This document shows positions 1 through 10,250 of a DNA stretch of 38,805 nt, one piece after another. The notes below the pieces were generated by a model that was not told where the DNA came from, did not search any database, and saw only the letters and a list, made by a program, of their open reading frames with translations. The position numbers were made by a program, and so were the translations under genes. Every line of letters starts with the position of its first letter. Position 1 is the stretch's first letter. Source of the stretch: a virus; UHGV virus genome UHGV-0123934, one strand, 5' to 3'.

Positions 1-633
1 ATGCTGTCCATCGGATATTCGCAGATACTTATGAATCCGTTGATCGACACGCCTTTCATAAACTTATTATTTACGCTTCGTCCTTGTCGTCGAGAAGAAT
101 TGGAATCGGCCTACGACGATTTTCTCCGCACGGTCATCGAAGTCTGCGACAATACGGTCGATTATAAACTGCTTTTTCGGATCTTGACGCATACGCAAGT
201 ACGGTTAGAGATGTTGTATCCGTCGCGTACACGGGTTAAATCGAATGCTGGCGAGGTATCTGCTTCCCGTTATATCGCAGCCGCCAAACGAATCGTCGAA
301 TCGGAGTTGAGCCTTTTGAATGAACGGGTCGTGCATCCGTCGTTGTTTCAGCCGCCCCGTAAAAACGATATTCCGGATTTGTTTTGGAGTTCGGAGTTCA
401 CGAAGCGGGATTTGGTAGAGCTGCTCTCTGCTTTGGAGTATCTCGGTCCGATTTTGAATGCCGTTGGCAAATACGCTCCGTTTTCGGTGTTGGTGGCATT
501 CGCCGAAAAGACGCTCAATGTTTCCTTGCCGAATGCCTATAAAATCCGCGAGGAGGTGTTGAACCGCAAGACGAAGAGTACGGATTTCTTGGAACGGCTG
601 ATCGAGGCACTGATCGAGAAGAGTACGAAATGA
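1..633 (+). CDS. hypothetical protein (possibly 5' truncated at window edge)
   Basis: 210-aa ORF starting at position 1; protein-like composition, no motif I can name; co-oriented with downstream HTH and replication genes. Confidence 0.35.
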   Translation: MLSIGYSQILMNPLIDTPFINLLFTLRPCRREELESAYDDFLRTVIEVCDNTVDYKLLFRILTHTQVRLEMLYPSRTRVKSNAGEVSASRYIAAAKRIVESELSLLNERVVHPSLFQPPRKNDIPDLFWSSEFTKRDLVELLSALEYLGPILNAVGKYAPFSVLVAFAEKTLNVSLPNAYKIREEVLNRKTKSTDFLERLIEALIEKSTK

Positions 634-748
634 CATATTGAATAGCAGACGGATAGAAATATTTTTGCGGGTAGTAATGCGGGTACTGCCCGCATTTTAT
701 TTTTCGACTATTCGGAACTTTGTCCGCGGAAATCGAAACAGAACGATT

Positions 749-1069
749 ATGAAATTAGACGCTATCATCGAAGATATGCAGGGATGCATCTTCTCGCTGC
801 AACAGCGGGTCGAAGAGTTGAAGACGATGGACGACAAGTCGGCCGAAACGATTCTGATGACCCGTCAGGAGGCCGCCGATCTGATCGGCAAGTCGCTGCG
901 GCAACTGGATCGGGATTGCCGGCGATACGGCATCCGAAAGGTCCATGCCAACGGAGGGATCCGAATTCCCAAAATCGACCTGCTCGTGCATATGGGTCTG
1001 GTCGCACGACCGGCGGAGCCGCGCCAAAGCGAGTTGCAACGGGTATTGGGCAGATTCGGACGACGATGA
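749..1069 (+). CDS. helix-turn-helix DNA-binding protein (excisionase/MerR-like)
   Basis: First in-frame ATG at 749 of ORF 638..1069; HTH-like segment TRQEAADLIGKSLRQLDRDCRRYGIRKV; stop overlaps next start (ATGA at 1066-1069). Confidence 0.5.
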   Translation: MKLDAIIEDMQGCIFSLQQRVEELKTMDDKSAETILMTRQEAADLIGKSLRQLDRDCRRYGIRKVHANGGIRIPKIDLLVHMGLVARPAEPRQSELQRVLGRFGRR

Positions 1070-1875
1070 ACTACCTCGCGGAGATAAAACTTTTCAACGA
1101 GTGGCTCGAAACCGAACAACTGCCGTCCAATGCCATCGTGTTGTGGTACGCCTTAATGTTCACGGCGAACCGCTGCGGCTGGCGCGACGAATTCGCGGTA
1201 TCGTTCTCCGTATTGCAGAGCCGCACGAAACTCGACCGATCGACCGTCTGGCGGATGCGTAAGGTTTTGGCGGATAGAGGTATTATCTCCGTGGAGGAAC
1301 GAGGCGGCAATCGGAGCGCGCTTTATCGGCTGCATTCGTTCGAGCGGATGTTTGCGTCGCAACGTACTACGCTGACTGCAACGCAATACGACACGAATCC
1401 GTCCGAAGCGTTGCAAGGCGCGATGCTGTCTGCAACCGTTCATAGACTGAACAGAGATTCTTATGAAAAAGAAAAAACAAGCAAAAAAGAAAAAGGGGGT
1501 TCGGCGGGCGAAGAGAGAAAAAGTTGCGCGAAAAAGAGAGAAATGCCGCGTCTGAACCAGGCGCAGTTCCTCTCGGCGCTCGATCCGGCGTGGCGGGAAC
1601 CGATGACCGTATGGCTGGAGTACAAGCGTTCCCGTCGCGAGAGTTACCGCAGCGAGTCGGGCGCGAGAAAATGTCTGTCGCTGCTGCGCAACCTCTCGGG
1701 CGAGGATCCGACGGTTGCCGTTGCCATCATCGACCGCAGCATCGCCAACAATTGGGCAGGACTGTTCCCGTTGCCGCCGACCCGATCTGCGAGAGGACAA
1801 TATCCCGGACAGATCATCCATCCCGTGACCGACGAACGTACCCGACGGTTATTGGAAAAACTCGACCGCAAATGA
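1066..1875 (+). CDS. putative phage replication initiator/organiser (winged-helix DNA-binding)
   Basis: ATG at 1066 inside ORF 784..1875 (the upstream part overlaps the HTH gene in another frame); wHTH-like RTKLDRSTVWRMRKVLADRGIISVEE; K/E-rich linker; sits directly upstream of the DnaC-like ATPase. Confidence 0.4.
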   Translation: MNYLAEIKLFNEWLETEQLPSNAIVLWYALMFTANRCGWRDEFAVSFSVLQSRTKLDRSTVWRMRKVLADRGIISVEERGGNRSALYRLHSFERMFASQRTTLTATQYDTNPSEALQGAMLSATVHRLNRDSYEKEKTSKKEKGGSAGEERKSCAKKREMPRLNQAQFLSALDPAWREPMTVWLEYKRSRRESYRSESGARKCLSLLRNLSGEDPTVAVAIIDRSIANNWAGLFPLPPTRSARGQYPGQIIHPVTDERTRRLLEKLDRK

Positions 1876-1876
1876 A

Positions 1877-2581
1877 ATGTGGGACAATGACCTCTTTGCG
1901 CAAATACCGACGAAACTATTTTCACACGACAAAACGACACACCGTATGAACCGAATCGCATCGCTTATCGACCGCATGGTTGCAGACAAACGCCTTGTCG
2001 TCCGTTCGCCGCACGACCTCTCGTGGGGCGACAGGGACTATTGCGAGGGTCTGTTCTGCGAAATCTTCCGGAGGTTCGATACTTCGATTGTACGCTACCG
2101 CCACCTGCCCGAGTATGCCGGGATCATCGACTGGATGACCTCGACCGAAGGGCGCGGACTGCTGCTCTACGGCGATTGCGGACGCGGTAAGAGCATCATC
2201 CTCACGGGCGTCGTTCCTGTGCTGCTGGCGATGAAGGAGCGGATGACGGTCGCCATTCACGCCGACGAACTCTCCAAGCCTTACGACCTCGCCCTGCGGA
2301 CTGCCGGATACGATGTGCATACGACGAATCTCGACTACCTGACCCGCACGGCTTATCCCATTATCGACGAGTTGGGCGTCGAGCCGCTCGTAAACGACTA
2401 TGGCGAGAAGTACGAGGGCTTCAACCGCGTCATCAACGCGGCCGAACGCTATCTGCGGCCATTGTTCATCTCTACGAACCTTACGCGCGAACAACTGCTC
2501 GGCCGCTATGGAGAGCGGACTTTCGACCGATTGACGCGCTTGTGCCGTCCGGTGAAGTTCGAGGGCGAGAGCCTGCGCTGA
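1877..2581 (+). CDS. DnaC/IstB-like AAA+ ATPase (helicase loader-like replication protein)
   Basis: Walker A LLYGDCGRGKS and Walker B IIDELG in 234-aa ORF. Confidence 0.6.
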   Translation: MWDNDLFAQIPTKLFSHDKTTHRMNRIASLIDRMVADKRLVVRSPHDLSWGDRDYCEGLFCEIFRRFDTSIVRYRHLPEYAGIIDWMTSTEGRGLLLYGDCGRGKSIILTGVVPVLLAMKERMTVAIHADELSKPYDLALRTAGYDVHTTNLDYLTRTAYPIIDELGVEPLVNDYGEKYEGFNRVINAAERYLRPLFISTNLTREQLLGRYGERTFDRLTRLCRPVKFEGESLR

Positions 2582-2768
2582 CATAAGAAGTTGTTTAACG
2601 CTTTTTACAAATCAATCTTATGGCTCTTTTTGGTCTATTTATCCGCTTTTGCTCGTCAAATGGGAGCCGCCATTCTCCTCACAAAACCGAATAAATATTC
2701 TCAAAAAATAACTAATAATCTTCATTCGCAAAAAGCATTGAACAACTTCTAAAAAAACAGAATACGAT

Positions 2769-3044
2769 ATGAAACTGCAACGAATCATTCATCATTTGGA
2801 AGACGGCCGCCGCAAGTATGTGACCCATAACGGCGAGATGGAGAAATGGACGGAGGTCGAGATCGAGAACCTTCGCCGGAATACGGAACAGTACGGTCCG
2901 GCAGCCTATACCGCCGACTTCGCCAAGTACGGCATCTCCGCTCGCGAGCTTCGCGAACGCTATCCCGAGGCGAAGATCATCCGCATCGTCGGCTTCGAGA
3001 CCGAGGACCACGACCTGCCGTTGAACCCCGAAATCATCTTTTGA
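2769..3044 (+). CDS. hypothetical protein
   Basis: 91-aa ORF with ATG start after an AT-rich intergenic region; no recognisable motif. Confidence 0.4.
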   Translation: MKLQRIIHHLEDGRRKYVTHNGEMEKWTEVEIENLRRNTEQYGPAAYTADFAKYGISARELRERYPEAKIIRIVGFETEDHDLPLNPEIIF

Positions 3045-3210
3045 GAACTCGTGTCGGATTTGTCAACGAATTTATTCGATAGAGATTTTGCTATTATTTC
3101 TCGTTGGAGAATGCGAAGAATAGCGGTTCCTATTCGACAAATTCGACGACGTGAAATAATAGTAAAAGAATAACGAAGAAAGAGATTTATAAATTCGATA
3201 CGAGTTCAAT

Positions 3211-3510
3211 ATGCCGCATCTCAAACGCACTGTACGCCGTCCGTGGCTGCCGGAGCATAAGCCGCAATCGGGACGCCGCCACGCCAACACGGAGTTCTAC
3301 CGGTCTGCCGCATGGCGGAAACTGCGCCTCGTCAAGTTGGAGCAGCAGCCTCTGTGCGAGGAGTGCCTGAAACACGACCGGCATACTCCGGCGCAGATGG
3401 TCGACCACATCGTCCCGATCAATCGGGGCGGGGCGCCGCTCGACTTGCAGAACCTGCAATCCCTCTGCAACTCCTGCCACAACCGCAAGAGCGCTCGGGA
3501 GCGAAGATAA
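3211..3510 (+). CDS. HNH endonuclease (phage packaging-associated type)
   Basis: CEEC...HTPAQMVDHIVPINRGG...NLQSLCNSCHNRK: Cys pairs plus catalytic His/Asn spacing typical of HNH; about 99 aa as in terminase-associated HNH proteins. Confidence 0.85.
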   Translation: MPHLKRTVRRPWLPEHKPQSGRRHANTEFYRSAAWRKLRLVKLEQQPLCEECLKHDRHTPAQMVDHIVPINRGGAPLDLQNLQSLCNSCHNRKSARERR

Positions 3511-3643
3511 CACGATGTCGAACCTCTAAAACGAATGCCTATGATTTAATCGGAACCGGATGGAGCGGATGCGTGGTTTGTAATCAGTCCAAGGGCAATG
3601 TCGGCACCCGTTCCATCCCTTTTTCGAGTAGGCACGAACCGAA

Positions 3644-4579
3644 ATGCGAACGACCCTTAACCTGAATGAAATCATCTCCGAATGGATTTCGGAGTGCGAC
3701 ATACTCCCCGCCACCAAACGGGACTACCGGCGCAAGGTCGCGCTGTGGTTCCGATGGCTGTCGGCGCATGATGTCGATACCCGTTCGCCGGAGCGTCGAC
3801 ACGTCTTGGAGTACAAACAGCAGTTGCAAGCCGAAGGCAAGAGCGTCTATACGGTGAACAGCCTCGTTACGATCCTCAAACTGTTTTACGGCTTCTGCGA
3901 GCGACAGGGCTACTACGGCAATATCGCTGCCGGGATCCGCAGCAGCAAACGCCATACGGAGTACAGCAAACTGCCGCTGACGGCGGAGCAGGCGTTCCGG
4001 CTGTTGGTCAGCATCGATCCCTCGACCGCCATCGGGCGCCGCGACCGACTGATGATTTCGCTGATGCTCTTCAACGGGCTTCGCACCTGCGAGGCGGAGC
4101 GTATCGACATCGGCGACTTCGCCGAGCGCGAGGGGCAACCGATCCTCCGCATTCAGCGCAAGGGACGCACGGACAAGAACGAGATCGTCGTGCTGCATCC
4201 CGACACGGTCGCGTGGCTGGAGGAGTATATCGCCGGCAGGGACTTCGACAGCGACACTCCGCTCTTCGTATCCCACAAGGCGCAATGCGACAACCGGCTC
4301 GTGCGGCAGACGATCGGGCGGATCATCAAACAACGCCTTGCCCGTATCGGCATCTCGCATCCGAAGATCTCGGCGCATTCGCTGCGGCACACGTTCGGGG
4401 CGCTGATGGTCGAAGAGGGGATAGACATCGAGACGATCAAGGATATGATGGGGCACTCCGATACGAAGACCACGCGCATCTATATCGAAATGGCGCAGCA
4501 GCGACGACTGCTCCATCACTCGCCGTCGATGACCATAGGCGATGCGATACTGAAAAACGGCGATAAACCGAAACGATGA
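3644..4579 (+). CDS. tyrosine site-specific recombinase (XerC/XerD-like integrase)
   Basis: C-terminal catalytic signature HSLRHTFGALMVEEGIDIETIKDMMGHSDTKTTRIYIE (H-x-x-R ... Y), upstream Arg in LFNGLRTCE, SAM-like N-terminal domain. Confidence 0.85.
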   Translation: MRTTLNLNEIISEWISECDILPATKRDYRRKVALWFRWLSAHDVDTRSPERRHVLEYKQQLQAEGKSVYTVNSLVTILKLFYGFCERQGYYGNIAAGIRSSKRHTEYSKLPLTAEQAFRLLVSIDPSTAIGRRDRLMISLMLFNGLRTCEAERIDIGDFAEREGQPILRIQRKGRTDKNEIVVLHPDTVAWLEEYIAGRDFDSDTPLFVSHKAQCDNRLVRQTIGRIIKQRLARIGISHPKISAHSLRHTFGALMVEEGIDIETIKDMMGHSDTKTTRIYIEMAQQRRLLHHSPSMTIGDAILKNGDKPKR

Positions 4580-4846
4580 TTGAAGTACAGTGAATTAATG
4601 AATTACGCTATATGTTTAACGGACAAAACATTGCGATTTTTCGTAACTCGCTGAAACCCGACAGTGGGTATCAAAGAGTTGCGTGATCGAGGTACGCTCC
4701 CGACCGAAGACGGGGAGGGGTCGAAAATCCTTCGTGCCCTGCGGAAAGCAATCGCGCCCCAAGTCTTCTGTACGCGCGTGCAGAATCGAGGGAAACGGAA
4801 AATCCGTATTGCGAGAATAAAATGCTCTTTGAAATATCGAACGGAA

Positions 4847-5734
4847 TCAATACTCGATTTTGAAATAGTCGAGTACTGCCTTGTAGTTGTCTTGCGCCGT
4901 CAGGCAGGTGTCTGTCAGATACTCCCGAACTTCCGACCAGCGTTGCAGACCGCGATAGTAGAACATCTTCAGGTCGTCGGTGATGATGAACGGTACGATG
5001 CCGTTTGCCAGACACTCCTTGAACATCACGAGCCGCCCGACACGTCCGTTGCCGTCCTGAAATGGATGGATCGCCTCGAAGCGCTGGTGCAAATCGAGGA
5101 TATCCTCCAACGATTTCTGCCGCTTGGCATTGTATTCGGCAAGCAACGCTTTCATCTCCCGACCTACGTTCTCGGGCGCGGTCGTTTCATGGCCGCCTAC
5201 TTCGTTGGGCAGGCGTTTGTAGGTGCCGACGGCAAACCACTCCTTGCGGCTGTCCGATGTTCCCGACTTGAGTAGGGCGTGCAGCTCCTTGATAAGCGAC
5301 TCGGTCAGCCGCTCCTCGGCACGGTCGATAACGAGGTCGATACAGCGGAAGTGGTTCGTCGTTTCGATAATGTCATCTACACGGACGCTTTCGCCCTCGA
5401 TGCCGACGGTGTTCGTCTCGAAGATATAACGCGTCTGGTCGTGCGTCAGTCGGCTGCCTTCAATGTGGTTGGAGTTATAGGTCAGATCGATCTGCGTCTT
5501 GTGGTAAATGCCGCCTTTGAGCTGCATTCCCTTTTGTTCGCGCAGGGCAGCGAGCAACGGCGACAGTTTCGAACGGCGGCGTTTGCGTGCGGGCAAAGCG
5601 GCATCGGCGGGAATGTTCCATGTTTTTCCCGTGAGGAATGCGCCCTCGATTTTACCTTCGGCGCAATAGTTACGCGCCGTGCGCTCCGAAATGCCGTATT
5701 TCTCGGCGAATGCGACTACTGAAATATATTCCAT
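4847..5734 (-). CDS. Fic family protein (Fic/Doc AMPylation-type toxin) with N-terminal HTH
   Basis: Canonical Fic motif HPFQDGNGRVGR; candidate inhibitory-helix motifs SNHIEG and TVGIEG; N-terminal HTH-like FAEKYGISERTARNYCAEGKI. Confidence 0.9.
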   Translation of the reverse strand: MEYISVVAFAEKYGISERTARNYCAEGKIEGAFLTGKTWNIPADAALPARKRRRSKLSPLLAALREQKGMQLKGGIYHKTQIDLTYNSNHIEGSRLTHDQTRYIFETNTVGIEGESVRVDDIIETTNHFRCIDLVIDRAEERLTESLIKELHALLKSGTSDSRKEWFAVGTYKRLPNEVGGHETTAPENVGREMKALLAEYNAKRQKSLEDILDLHQRFEAIHPFQDGNGRVGRLVMFKECLANGIVPFIITDDLKMFYYRGLQRWSEVREYLTDTCLTAQDNYKAVLDYFKIEY

Positions 5735-5845
5735 AAACTCCGTCTATCGGCAAGTATGATTCCGATTTCGATGCCAAAGATAATAATATTTGCCGGTATC
5801 GGCAAATTATAAATAGAACTTTTATTAGATAATAAATGTGCTGAA

Positions 5846-6325
5846 ATGACGAAAGGTCGTAAGAAATTGCCGGATGAATTGAAATCCCTGCGCGGAACGG
5901 ACCAGCCGTGCCGCATGGCCGGCAACGCTGCTTCGACGGGAACCGCCGTCGCGGCATTGCCGCGCTCCGGACTGAAAGGTACAGCGAAGAAGGTGTTCGA
6001 GGTCGTGGCGACGGAGCTGATCCACAAATGCCTGTTGGATGTCGTCGGGGTGGATCTGGTAGTCGCCTATGCTCGCGAGATGGGGTTGTACCACGATATG
6101 ATGCGCGAAACCGAAAAAGAGGGATACACCATCGAAGTGATGACGAAACACGGTACAACGACGGTCGTCAACCCCAAACGCAAAGTCGCCGAATCAGCAC
6201 TCGCCAATGCCAAGGCGTTGGCTGCCGAGTTCGGGTTGACGCCTGCCAGTCGCAGCCGCGTGGCGGCTTTGCTTTCGGATAATACCCCGAAAGACGACTT
6301 CGCCGAGTTCGAGGAGATAAAATAG
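5846..6325 (+). CDS. terS: phage terminase small subunit (P27-family-like)
   Basis: 159-aa protein immediately upstream of the large terminase; conserved-looking stretches AKKVFEVVATEL and GLTPASRSRV. Confidence 0.75.
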   Translation: MTKGRKKLPDELKSLRGTDQPCRMAGNAASTGTAVAALPRSGLKGTAKKVFEVVATELIHKCLLDVVGVDLVVAYAREMGLYHDMMRETEKEGYTIEVMTKHGTTTVVNPKRKVAESALANAKALAAEFGLTPASRSRVAALLSDNTPKDDFAEFEEIK

Positions 6326-6335
6326 TTATCGCAAT

Positions 6336-8003
6336 ATGGCTGCCGTTAAGAAATATCCCGCCGAACTTTATGCCGAGCAGGTGCGCTCCGGCGAGATTCT
6401 CGTCTGCGAGTATGTCCGACTCGCTGTCAGACGCTACTACACCGACCTCGACCGTGCGCTCGACAAGGGATGGTATTTCGATAAGAAAGCCGCTCTGCGT
6501 GCGATCCACTTCATCGAAAAACTCAAACATACCAAAGGCGAGTGGGCGGGACAGCGGTTCCGACTGGAGCCGTGGCAGCAGTTCGTGCTGTGGAATATCT
6601 TCGGGTGGAAGAATGCCGACGGCTCGCGCCGCTTCCGATACGCTTATATCGAGATCGCCCGCAAGAACGGCAAGACTGCGTTGTCCGCCGGTGTCGGGTT
6701 GTATATGCTCTTCGCCGACGGCGAGAGCCGCCCGGAGGTTTACTCGGCCGCGACGGTCAAGGATCAGGCGAAGATATGCTTTTCGGATGCTGTGGAGATC
6801 GTCAAGGCGACCGATCTGAAAAACTACCTCACGCCATACCGAAACTCGATCGTCTATGAACTCAAAGGCGGTACGATGAAACCTCTCTCGTCGGATTACG
6901 GCACGCACGACGGTCTGAATCCGAGTTGCGGCATCATCGACGAGTTTCACGCCCATAAGGACAGCGGAATGTTCGACGTCATCAAGTCGGCTTTCGGTGC
7001 ACGGCGGCAGCCGCTCATGTTCATCATCACGACAGCCGGTTTCAACAAGTCGGGAGCCTGCTATGCCTATCGGGAAAATGTCATCAAAGTGCTGCGCGGC
7101 GTGAACGAGGACGATTCATTGTTCGGCATCATCTACACGCTCGACGATAAGTCGGAGTGGGACGACCCGAAGATGTGGATCAAGGCCAATCCCAACCTCG
7201 GCGTGAGTTTGAGTGCCGACTACCTCGCCGACCAAGTGAAGGACGCCAAGAACCGCCCCGAAGCCGTCCGCAACGTGATGACGAAGAACGTCGATCTATG
7301 GGTCGATGCCGGACGGACGTGGATTTTGGACGATGTATGGATGAAGTGCATCGGTACGATCGATCCCGCCGACCTGAAAGGCTGCGCCTGCTGGGGCGGT
7401 TTGGACCTCTCGAACGTGTCGGATATTACGGCTTACGTGCTGCTCTTCCACGAGAACGACCGTTTCCAGTTGCTGCCGCACTTTTGGGTTCCCGAAGAGA
7501 AGATGCTGGAGAAGATCCGCAAAGAGAATATCAACTACGACAAGTGGGTGGCGGAGGGCTATGTAACCGTTACGCCGGGCAATGTCATCGATTACGACTT
7601 CGTCAAGGCGGATATCCTGCGCATCGTGGCCGATTACGACCTGCGGACATCGGCTTACGACCGTTGGAACTCTTCGCAGACGATCATCGACTTGCAGAAC
7701 GAGGGGATGGAGTGCAACCCCTTCGGACAGGGCTATGGCTCGATGTCGGCGCCGACCAAGGAGTTCGAGAAACTGGTGCTGACCGGGAAGATCGAGCACT
7801 TCGGCAATCCGGTCCTGCGGTGGATGCTCGCATCGACGCTCGTCAAGACCGATCCTGCGGGCAATATCAAACCCGATAAGGAGAAATCGACGCAGAAGAT
7901 CGACGGCATCGTAGCCTCGATCATGGCACTCGGAGAGTGGATGACCGCACAGGCCGACGACGAGAGCAACCCGTATGAAAACAGAGGATTATTGACTTTA
8001 TAA
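6336..8003 (+). CDS. terL: phage terminase large subunit
   Basis: 555-aa protein with ATPase-like IEIARKNGKTALSAG and nuclease-domain acidic residues; position between TerS and portal. Confidence 0.9.
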   Translation: MAAVKKYPAELYAEQVRSGEILVCEYVRLAVRRYYTDLDRALDKGWYFDKKAALRAIHFIEKLKHTKGEWAGQRFRLEPWQQFVLWNIFGWKNADGSRRFRYAYIEIARKNGKTALSAGVGLYMLFADGESRPEVYSAATVKDQAKICFSDAVEIVKATDLKNYLTPYRNSIVYELKGGTMKPLSSDYGTHDGLNPSCGIIDEFHAHKDSGMFDVIKSAFGARRQPLMFIITTAGFNKSGACYAYRENVIKVLRGVNEDDSLFGIIYTLDDKSEWDDPKMWIKANPNLGVSLSADYLADQVKDAKNRPEAVRNVMTKNVDLWVDAGRTWILDDVWMKCIGTIDPADLKGCACWGGLDLSNVSDITAYVLLFHENDRFQLLPHFWVPEEKMLEKIRKENINYDKWVAEGYVTVTPGNVIDYDFVKADILRIVADYDLRTSAYDRWNSSQTIIDLQNEGMECNPFGQGYGSMSAPTKEFEKLVLTGKIEHFGNPVLRWMLASTLVKTDPAGNIKPDKEKSTQKIDGIVASIMALGEWMTAQADDESNPYENRGLLTL

Positions 8004-8015
8004 CACGATACGATT

Positions 8016-8318
8016 ATGAGCAGCAGAAAAATGAACCGAAAACAATACAAGCGTTATCACTCGCCGGTCATCGCCGCCGAGCGCGAGAAAGTCGAAGCGG
8101 AACTGTCGGCGATGAATCCGCTCGAACCCGAAGTGCGGCATTTCCTCTCATTCGAGGGCTTCGCGGAACTATATCTCCGTATGCGTGACCTCTATCCGAC
8201 GCAGTTGGAGGCTTACGAGCGGTTGGAGGATTTCTACATCACCATCACCGGCAAGCGCAGATACTCCGAATTCAGTTCATTCAGGAGGGTGTTGAATAGA
8301 ACGAGAAATATACGTTGA
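8016..8318 (+). CDS. hypothetical protein
   Basis: 100-aa ORF directly after terL, still GC-rich backbone; no motif. Confidence 0.4.
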   Translation: MSSRKMNRKQYKRYHSPVIAAEREKVEAELSAMNPLEPEVRHFLSFEGFAELYLRMRDLYPTQLEAYERLEDFYITITGKRRYSEFSSFRRVLNRTRNIR

Positions 8319-8479
8319 TATATTACATTGGTTATCAATATGAAAACGGAGTGCGATTAACTTTCTATTAAAAAATATGTAAAAAATTATGTAGAGAACA
8401 AAAATTTACTTACCTTTGCAAAAGAAACCCACGAGTGCGAGTCGTGGGCAATGTAAAAACATATAAATACGTTTTTCTA

Positions 8480-9112
8480 ATGAAAAACTTTACAAAAGTA
8501 AGTTTATTTTCGGATTCTACAAATTCCGAGGAACAAAAAATCTATGAGTCGATGACTCGATTCGTAAGTAAAGAACTTTATTTGCTTCCTCAAATGATTG
8601 GGGATGCTTATTCTGAAACTAATGACGAATTGGGGATTCTTCCACCTCACGCAAGAAGGCGGAATAGCCGACCTGTTCGAGTAAATGAAAAGATAGCCCA
8701 GAAATGTGCTGAAATCTACCCCGAATATTTCAGAGAAGTTTCGAGTGGTAAATTTATGCTTTATGTACCGGGATTCGCTCAATTTCACATTGTGAAAACG
8801 AATAGGGGCAAATTGCCTCCCAGACGTACTCGACAAGCTCAAAATGAGGTATATCAACAGAACCTACCATTCAAAGGTTGCCCAATTTTGCATATCGGTC
8901 ATGATCATCAATATGGTCATACAAGTGTAACCTTAATGTTATATGATGCAGGACAATGCGTGTGGAGTTGTTCTTTCAGTGATATTTTGTACATCCAAAA
9001 CTCTACAGCGGAACAGACTATTTCATTGACGCAAACATATAATGATTCTAAGGAGGTTTTTGCCAAGCCAAAAGCCAATGCTCGAAAGAAGGTGACAGTA
9101 GAGGCTATTTGA
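8480..9112 (+). CDS. hypothetical protein (AT-rich island cargo; candidate effector partner of the HTH-ImmA gene)
   Basis: First ATG (8480) of ORF 8435..9112; AT-rich codon usage unlike neighbours; preceded by TAccTTTG -7-like motif (8411-8418) and a 7-bp-stem hairpin (8428-8448); 31 nt upstream of HTH-ImmA gene on same strand. Confidence 0.5.
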   Translation: MKNFTKVSLFSDSTNSEEQKIYESMTRFVSKELYLLPQMIGDAYSETNDELGILPPHARRRNSRPVRVNEKIAQKCAEIYPEYFREVSSGKFMLYVPGFAQFHIVKTNRGKLPPRRTRQAQNEVYQQNLPFKGCPILHIGHDHQYGHTSVTLMLYDAGQCVWSCSFSDILYIQNSTAEQTISLTQTYNDSKEVFAKPKANARKKVTVEAI

Positions 9113-9143
9113 TGCGGACAATTTGTGAGAGCTTAAATGATAT

Positions 9144-10250
9144 ATGAATGTTAATAACAAAATGATCACTATCGCACGAGAAGTGCGAGGAATGACTCAG
9201 ATGCAATTATCTGCGTCTATACCTAAACTATCTCAAGGAAATCTCTCAAAAATGGAAAAAGGGATTATTGGGGTTACGGAGGAAGTTATTGAGAAAATAG
9301 CCTCTGCCCTCAATTTTCCCGTTTCGTTCTTTTATGAAGAATATACATTCCCTCCATTTAGCAATGTATATTACCGAAAGCTCATTACGGCTTCTGTCAA
9401 AAAGATGTCTCAATTGGAGGCTATCTTTAAAACAACTATGTTTGTTGTAGACAACTTGTTGGAGTCTATTGATATCCCAGAATATACCATCCCAGAGTTG
9501 GATGTTGAGAATGAATTTGCAAAAACGAATACAAACAAGACAACCCAGCGAGTTGAAGATATTGCTCGAAGAGTTCGTTTTGTATTGGGCATTCCAGATG
9601 GACCAATAACAGATATTTCGGATATTCTTGAAAAAAATGGTATTATCATTATTGAAATAAATACTGATATGGCAAAATTTTCAGGAATGTCTGCCCAAAC
9701 TCAGAATGGGGCAAAAATAATTTTCTTAAACGGAAATATGTCCAATGATCGTAAGCGATTTACCATTGCTCACGAATTAGGACATATTGTCATGCATATT
9801 CCTTTCATTGCAATATCTGAAGATAGAGATTTGGAGAATGAAGCGAATGTTTTTGCAGGCGAATTTTTAATGCCTTATAAGGATTTTCGTAAAGATGTCT
9901 CTCAATATTTATCATACAACCATTTGGATATGTTGAAGGCATATTGGAGAGCATCGAAACAGGCGATTATTCGAAAGGCATATCAAGATCAAATTATTTC
10001 TGCACAGAAATACCAATCTTTGATGGTACAAATGAGTATGAATGGGGAAAGAAAATGCGAACGCATAATTGTTGATTTCCCTGATCCTAAATTATTAAAA
10101 AAAATAATAGATGTTTTTTACGATGATTTAGGTTATACTCAAGATGACCTTACGCAAGCTATTAGTGTAAATCTTAATAGTTTGCCTTTAATGATTAATA
10201 AAAGACCTAATATGATTTTATTGAGGTCCAAGACCAGAATACAATTATAG
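9144..10250 (+). CDS. XRE-family HTH fused to ImmA/IrrE-type zinc metallopeptidase (COG2856-like)
   Basis: N-terminal HTH (MITIAREVRGMTQMQLSASIPKLSQGNLSKMEKG) and HEXXH motif in FTIAHELGHIVMH followed by E at ENEANVFAGEFLMP. Confidence 0.8.
   Translation: MNVNNKMITIAREVRGMTQMQLSASIPKLSQGNLSKMEKGIIGVTEEVIEKIASALNFPVSFFYEEYTFPPFSNVYYRKLITASVKKMSQLEAIFKTTMFVVDNLLESIDIPEYTIPELDVENEFAKTNTNKTTQRVEDIARRVRFVLGIPDGPITDISDILEKNGIIIIEINTDMAKFSGMSAQTQNGAKIIFLNGNMSNDRKRFTIAHELGHIVMHIPFIAISEDRDLENEANVFAGEFLMPYKDFRKDVSQYLSYNHLDMLKAYWRASKQAIIRKAYQDQIISAQKYQSLMVQMSMNGERKCERIIVDFPDPKLLKKIIDVFYDDLGYTQDDLTQAISVNLNSLPLMINKRPNMILLRSKTRIQL

Noticed and set aside
784-1065. N-terminal extension of the replication-protein ORF
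   Set aside because: Overlaps the HTH gene in another frame with low-complexity translation; true start taken as ATG 1066, overlapping the upstream stop
3584-4519. 311-aa minus-strand ORF antisense to the tyrosine recombinase
   Set aside because: No motifs and Arg/Pro-rich composition; the plus-strand recombinase has the catalytic HxxR...Y signature
4690-4750. Possible tRNA or tRNA-fragment att site (ggggtcgaaaatcc) between integrase and Fic
   Set aside because: No canonical T-loop (GGTTCGAATCC-like) or acceptor stem could be built by eye; would need tRNAscan to confirm absence
6168-7879. Overlapping ORFs 6168..6956 (-) and 7157..7879 (+) inside the terL region
   Set aside because: Antisense or alternative-frame artefacts of the GC-rich terminase gene
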